In this document: piece by piece, positions 60,814-64,000 of the stretch
Position numbering within the stretch: position 1 is the first letter of the stretch
How the letters are laid out: each line of letters starts with the position of its first letter
Source: a virus
Virus record (IMG/VR): IMGVR_UViG_3300027754_000039
Span: 1 to 64,000 of that record
Length of the DNA: 64,000 bases
Reading direction: 5' to 3' (one strand)
The notes under the pieces: model-generated
Databases searched by the model: none
What the model was told of the DNA's origin: nothing
Seen by the model: the letters and a program-made list of their open reading frames with translations, nothing else
Made by a program: the position numbers and the translations under genes

Positions 60814-60845
60814 TAAATATAAGTTACTTTATTCAAAGTACCAAA
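60814..60845 (-). promoter_or_regulatory. Bacteroidota-type promoter TTTG-N20-TATATTTA
   Basis: Motif upstream of the ssb gene. Confidence 0.75.
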
Positions 60846-60862
60846 TATTTCATTTAAAAATA

Positions 60863-61246
60863 TTACAGATTAATAATCTGATATACTTTTGTCTTTAAAA
60901 CTTTCAATTCGCTATTAGACGTTACTAACAATGCGTTGGAAAATTTACTCCAATTAACGGAAAACTTAGGGTCCAATACCCCATTGTTCTCTGATCGGAT
61001 TAATGCGTTTAGTGAGTTTATAGTATATAACGTATTGGTGTCCTTCTTACGATGTACTAACATAGCTCCTGGTAATTGCTTTCTTTGATTTTCTTTATCT
61101 ACATTAAAGCTGCAAACTAACTCTTCCGAGTCTTGTATTGATAAAACAAATATTCGTTTATATACAACTTCATAAGTTTTTACAATCATATTTGAAGTAT
61201 GATCCAATGACTCTTCGGTCGTAAATAAACAAATTAGAGATACCAA
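60863..61246 (-). CDS. hypothetical protein
   Basis: 127 aa ORF. Confidence 0.65.
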   Translation of the reverse strand: MVSLICLFTTEESLDHTSNMIVKTYEVVYKRIFVLSIQDSEELVCSFNVDKENQRKQLPGAMLVHRKKDTNTLYTINSLNALIRSENNGVLDPKFSVNWSKFSNALLVTSNSELKVLKTKVYQIINL

Positions 61247-61279
61247 TATATATAGTTCCTTTTACCATTTATAAATATC

Positions 61280-62632
61280 CTAAAACTTTTTTTCTGTTGT
61301 AATCATGTTATGATAATCTGGTCCTATTTCTATTTTTGTTGGATACTTCCCTTGTTGCTCTAATTCCTCTCTTACTATACGAAGCAATTCCACACCGTCT
61401 CGCTTGTCAAAGTCCCAAAGAAAACTGTCATAGGTATAAAGTATCAGCTTCGAAGAGAAAGACTTTGTACGTAGAAGTATATTATGTATAACCGCCATAT
61501 TTCTTTCCGTCTCAAAACTCTGAAGCATGTAATTTAAAAGCTTAGCTGCATTCATTTCAGTGAAGAATGATTTAAATAATTTTCTTCCAAACATAGGAGT
61601 TTCAATATATCCTTGCTCTCTGTATTGAGACCATACTAACTGAGTATATTCATGTATCTTTGCAAAAAATGGAATTACCAAATACTCAGTACCTATACCT
61701 CCATATAATTGTTTAAAGGATATTGATTTAGCTTCTGAATACTCTGCTGGAGTTAAAACATCTTTATCAAAATAAAACTGACCTAGATATTGATGTACTG
61801 ATATATTATCCGGAAACTTATAATCTACTAACTCAGCTAAAAGTCTTAAGTGATAAGCATCGTAGTCAAAGGATAGCATAAAACCATTTTCTCCAAATCT
61901 AGATACAAATGGAGCTCGTTGTCCAGTTTCTTTATTTAAAGCAGCGAAGTTAATACCGCCATAGCGATTACTAGGCCTTCCGGTGGTAGTGTATATATTA
62001 TATTCAGAAAATACAAAGTTATCATATATACTTTGCTCTGTGAATTTCTTTTTGAATTGTTCATAATTTGCATAAAGTCCATTTTGTTCTATTTGTTGAA
62101 GTGAGTCTAACACCAATCCATTGTACTTTTCAAAAGCAGCATCGTTTTGATAAAAGTCAAATACATCTAAAAATCTTTGAGAGATAGCTTGCGCCTTTTC
62201 AATGTGCTTGGAAATAGGAATGATAGTATTTAGATTATTGAAGTTTCCAAAATTTCTAGTAAAGAACTCGTGTGCTGGAGTTTCAAAGTCGTCTTCAATT
62301 GGTTGATTGTTATAAAAATATTCAACCATACTCATATCAATTAAGTTATCAGTATTTAAAAACTTCTTGAATCGCTTTTTGTTGTAAACGAATAAATTTT
62401 TATCTTTAGGAAATTGCTTTAGAAACTCTATTGGAAGTGATAACCCTTCAGTGTGATTGAATACTACAAGTACTTCTTTATCCAAGTTAAGTACATACAC
62501 GTATATAATAGATATCGAGTCTGTGTATACTGGTCTGCTTCCGTTGCAATAGGTTGGAACTATTAACCAATCATAATCCTTACTTTGCTCTAGGAATGAA
62601 TCAAACTCTTTTATGGTTTCTATTATCTTCAT
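61280..62632 (-). CDS. divergent family A DNA polymerase
   Basis: TTGRPS; motif A DYDAYHLR; motif B AKSISF..LYG; motif C TYDS. Confidence 0.82.
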   Translation of the reverse strand: MKIIETIKEFDSFLEQSKDYDWLIVPTYCNGSRPVYTDSISIIYVYVLNLDKEVLVVFNHTEGLSLPIEFLKQFPKDKNLFVYNKKRFKKFLNTDNLIDMSMVEYFYNNQPIEDDFETPAHEFFTRNFGNFNNLNTIIPISKHIEKAQAISQRFLDVFDFYQNDAAFEKYNGLVLDSLQQIEQNGLYANYEQFKKKFTEQSIYDNFVFSEYNIYTTTGRPSNRYGGINFAALNKETGQRAPFVSRFGENGFMLSFDYDAYHLRLLAELVDYKFPDNISVHQYLGQFYFDKDVLTPAEYSEAKSISFKQLYGGIGTEYLVIPFFAKIHEYTQLVWSQYREQGYIETPMFGRKLFKSFFTEMNAAKLLNYMLQSFETERNMAVIHNILLRTKSFSSKLILYTYDSFLWDFDKRDGVELLRIVREELEQQGKYPTKIEIGPDYHNMITTEKKF

Positions 62633-62639
62633 AACCTAG

Positions 62640-62671
62640 TAAATATAAGTTATTTATTTAACATAACCAAA
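62640..62671 (-). promoter_or_regulatory. Bacteroidota-type promoter TTTG-N20-TATATTTA
   Basis: Motif overlaps the end of the upstream gene. Confidence 0.75.
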
Positions 62672-63301
62672 TATATTTTTTATATCGTCTTTAACTACAG
62701 GAGAATATATAGAAAATTCAATATAGTCTGTTAAATAATCTTTTAATCCTGGCATATCAAAATCTTTTAAAAGAACCAATCTTTCATTGGTATCATAAAC
62801 TCCATACTCAATATTAGTTCCTGAATTGTTATCATTTACTGGGCCTGTTAATTTCCATTCTAATATTAATGCTTGATATAAGGTCTCATCAATGCCGGCT
62901 TGGTTCTTTCTCCAAAGTTTATATTGGGGTTGGTTAATCTCAATAATATCTTGATATGTAGTATAATTTCTTCTTCTTAAAAAATATCTAATAAAAGATC
63001 CATTTCGATAATCGTCTATTACTGGAATTGGCAAAGAATGTTTAGGAGATATAAATTGTTTTTTAGTCTTTAAAGAATTGTAAATTATATTTTCCGGCTG
63101 AAGTATCTGATTAATATATGGTATTAGCGTTTTAGACTCTGTACGATTAAACACAGCTCCTGAAAGAACTTTACCGTCTATATACTTATGATAATATCCG
63201 ATATACTCTTTACCGTCTATAAACATCCACTCCTTTCCAAAAGTATGTAAGTTATTAACAATGTGAGTTTTAGGATAATATATTTTATTTCTTAATGCCA
63301 T
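62654..63301 (-). CDS. hypothetical protein, possibly baseplate-associated
   Basis: 215 aa; follows a tail-like gene; function weakly inferred. Confidence 0.5.
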   Translation of the reverse strand: MALRNKIYYPKTHIVNNLHTFGKEWMFIDGKEYIGYYHKYIDGKVLSGAVFNRTESKTLIPYINQILQPENIIYNSLKTKKQFISPKHSLPIPVIDDYRNGSFIRYFLRRRNYTTYQDIIEINQPQYKLWRKNQAGIDETLYQALILEWKLTGPVNDNNSGTNIEYGVYDTNERLVLLKDFDMPGLKDYLTDYIEFSIYSPVVKDDIKNIFGYVK

Positions 63302-64000
63302 TATACAAATCTACAAACTGTGTTTAATGTTGTTGTCCAATCTCCGCTAGCAATAGTATGTTCTACTGTAGTAACTGTAAATGCAATATCGTCTCTTTTA
63401 TATTGAGCTGGTAAATAATTAGTTGTAATTGCATTTCCAAAAGTAAATCCTTCTATTCCGTCCAGAGTACAAGAAAAATCTAATGGAAATAATGGCTTAG
63501 CAGTTAGGCCTAATTTACCAATTAATTCTGCTTTGATAGCAGCTTCTAAATCTGTAACGTTTTCAGGAGTAAGCCCGTCACTCGCTACTTTCTTTTTAAC
63601 AGCTACTAAAGCTTCGGGTATAGGTTCCTGTGCTTTATCTTCTTTACCCGTCAATAACCCTTGGCCCGGGCTTAATGTACTTTGAGCTTTAATAAATGCT
63701 TGCGCTGCCATTTCTTGAGGTATCTTTGCTGTCAATGACATAGTGCGAACTATACCATCTTGATCAACTGCTGATATAACATACGGTTTAATTTTTTCGT
63801 CTGAATATTCAGAATCGACTATTACCAATTCAGTTTCTTTTTCGGGATTGATAACTAACGTTAGTTTAAATAACTGAGCGCTATTTTTATAAATCATCGT
63901 AAATATATCATTTAAAAACTTAGCTATTGACATATCTGGAGACCGTTCTCCCTTCTCATTAACAGTTCCTAAATTTCTAAATACATCATTAATATATCGA
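63301..64000 (-). CDS. partial gene (5' end outside window), C-terminus resembles a tail/baseplate hub protein
   Basis: Frame stays open to the window edge; C-terminal DGIEGF.FG...F.VT.VEH.I...W.T.L beta pattern. Confidence 0.5.
   Translation of the reverse strand, partial: RYINDVFRNLGTVNEKGERSPDMSIAKFLNDIFTMIYKNSAQLFKLTLVINPEKETELVIVDSEYSDEKIKPYVISAVDQDGIVRTMSLTAKIPQEMAAQAFIKAQSTLSPGQGLLTGKEDKAQEPIPEALVAVKKKVASDGLTPENVTDLEAAIKAELIGKLGLTAKPLFPLDFSCTLDGIEGFTFGNAITTNYLPAQYKRDDIAFTVTTVEHTIASGDWTTTLNTVCRFV

Overview
This 64 kb window is a segment of a large, AT-rich, T4-like (myovirus-type) lytic phage genome. Essentially all genes lie on the minus strand and translate cleanly in the standard bacterial code. 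The host is probably in the Bacteroidota: twelve intergenic TTTG-N19/20-TAnnTT(T/A)(A/T) promoters match the Bacteroidota primary-sigma consensus, there is an Hc1 histone-like gene, and I saw no Shine-Dalgarno motifs. In plus-strand order the window holds: (1) 1-8.8 kb, small mosaic accessory genes; (2) 8.9-29.4 kb, a gap-free operon of about 25 glycan genes (GTs, nucleotide-sugar enzymes, methyltransferases and a GatZ-like/HAD/NTP-transferase-kinase/cupin module); (3) 30-36.7 kb, nuclease, dNMP kinase, clamp loader, sliding clamp and GroEL; (4) 36.7-49.6 kb, a DNA-modification neighbourhood around a family-B polymerase, with DpdA-type transglycosylase, DpdL-like T-fold protein, FolE, QueE and QueD (no QueC in the window) plus three GT-B glycosyltransferases and homing endonucleases; (5) 51-62.6 kb, putative capsid-targeted proteins, ferritin, dUTPase, class II RNR, helicase, 5'-3' exonuclease, UvsX/RecA, SSB and a divergent family-A polymerase; (6) the start of a probable structural module at the right edge. 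The best novel-system candidate is a clamp-coupled 7-deazaguanine plus glycosylation DNA hypermodification. All protein calls come from motif recognition, not database searches.
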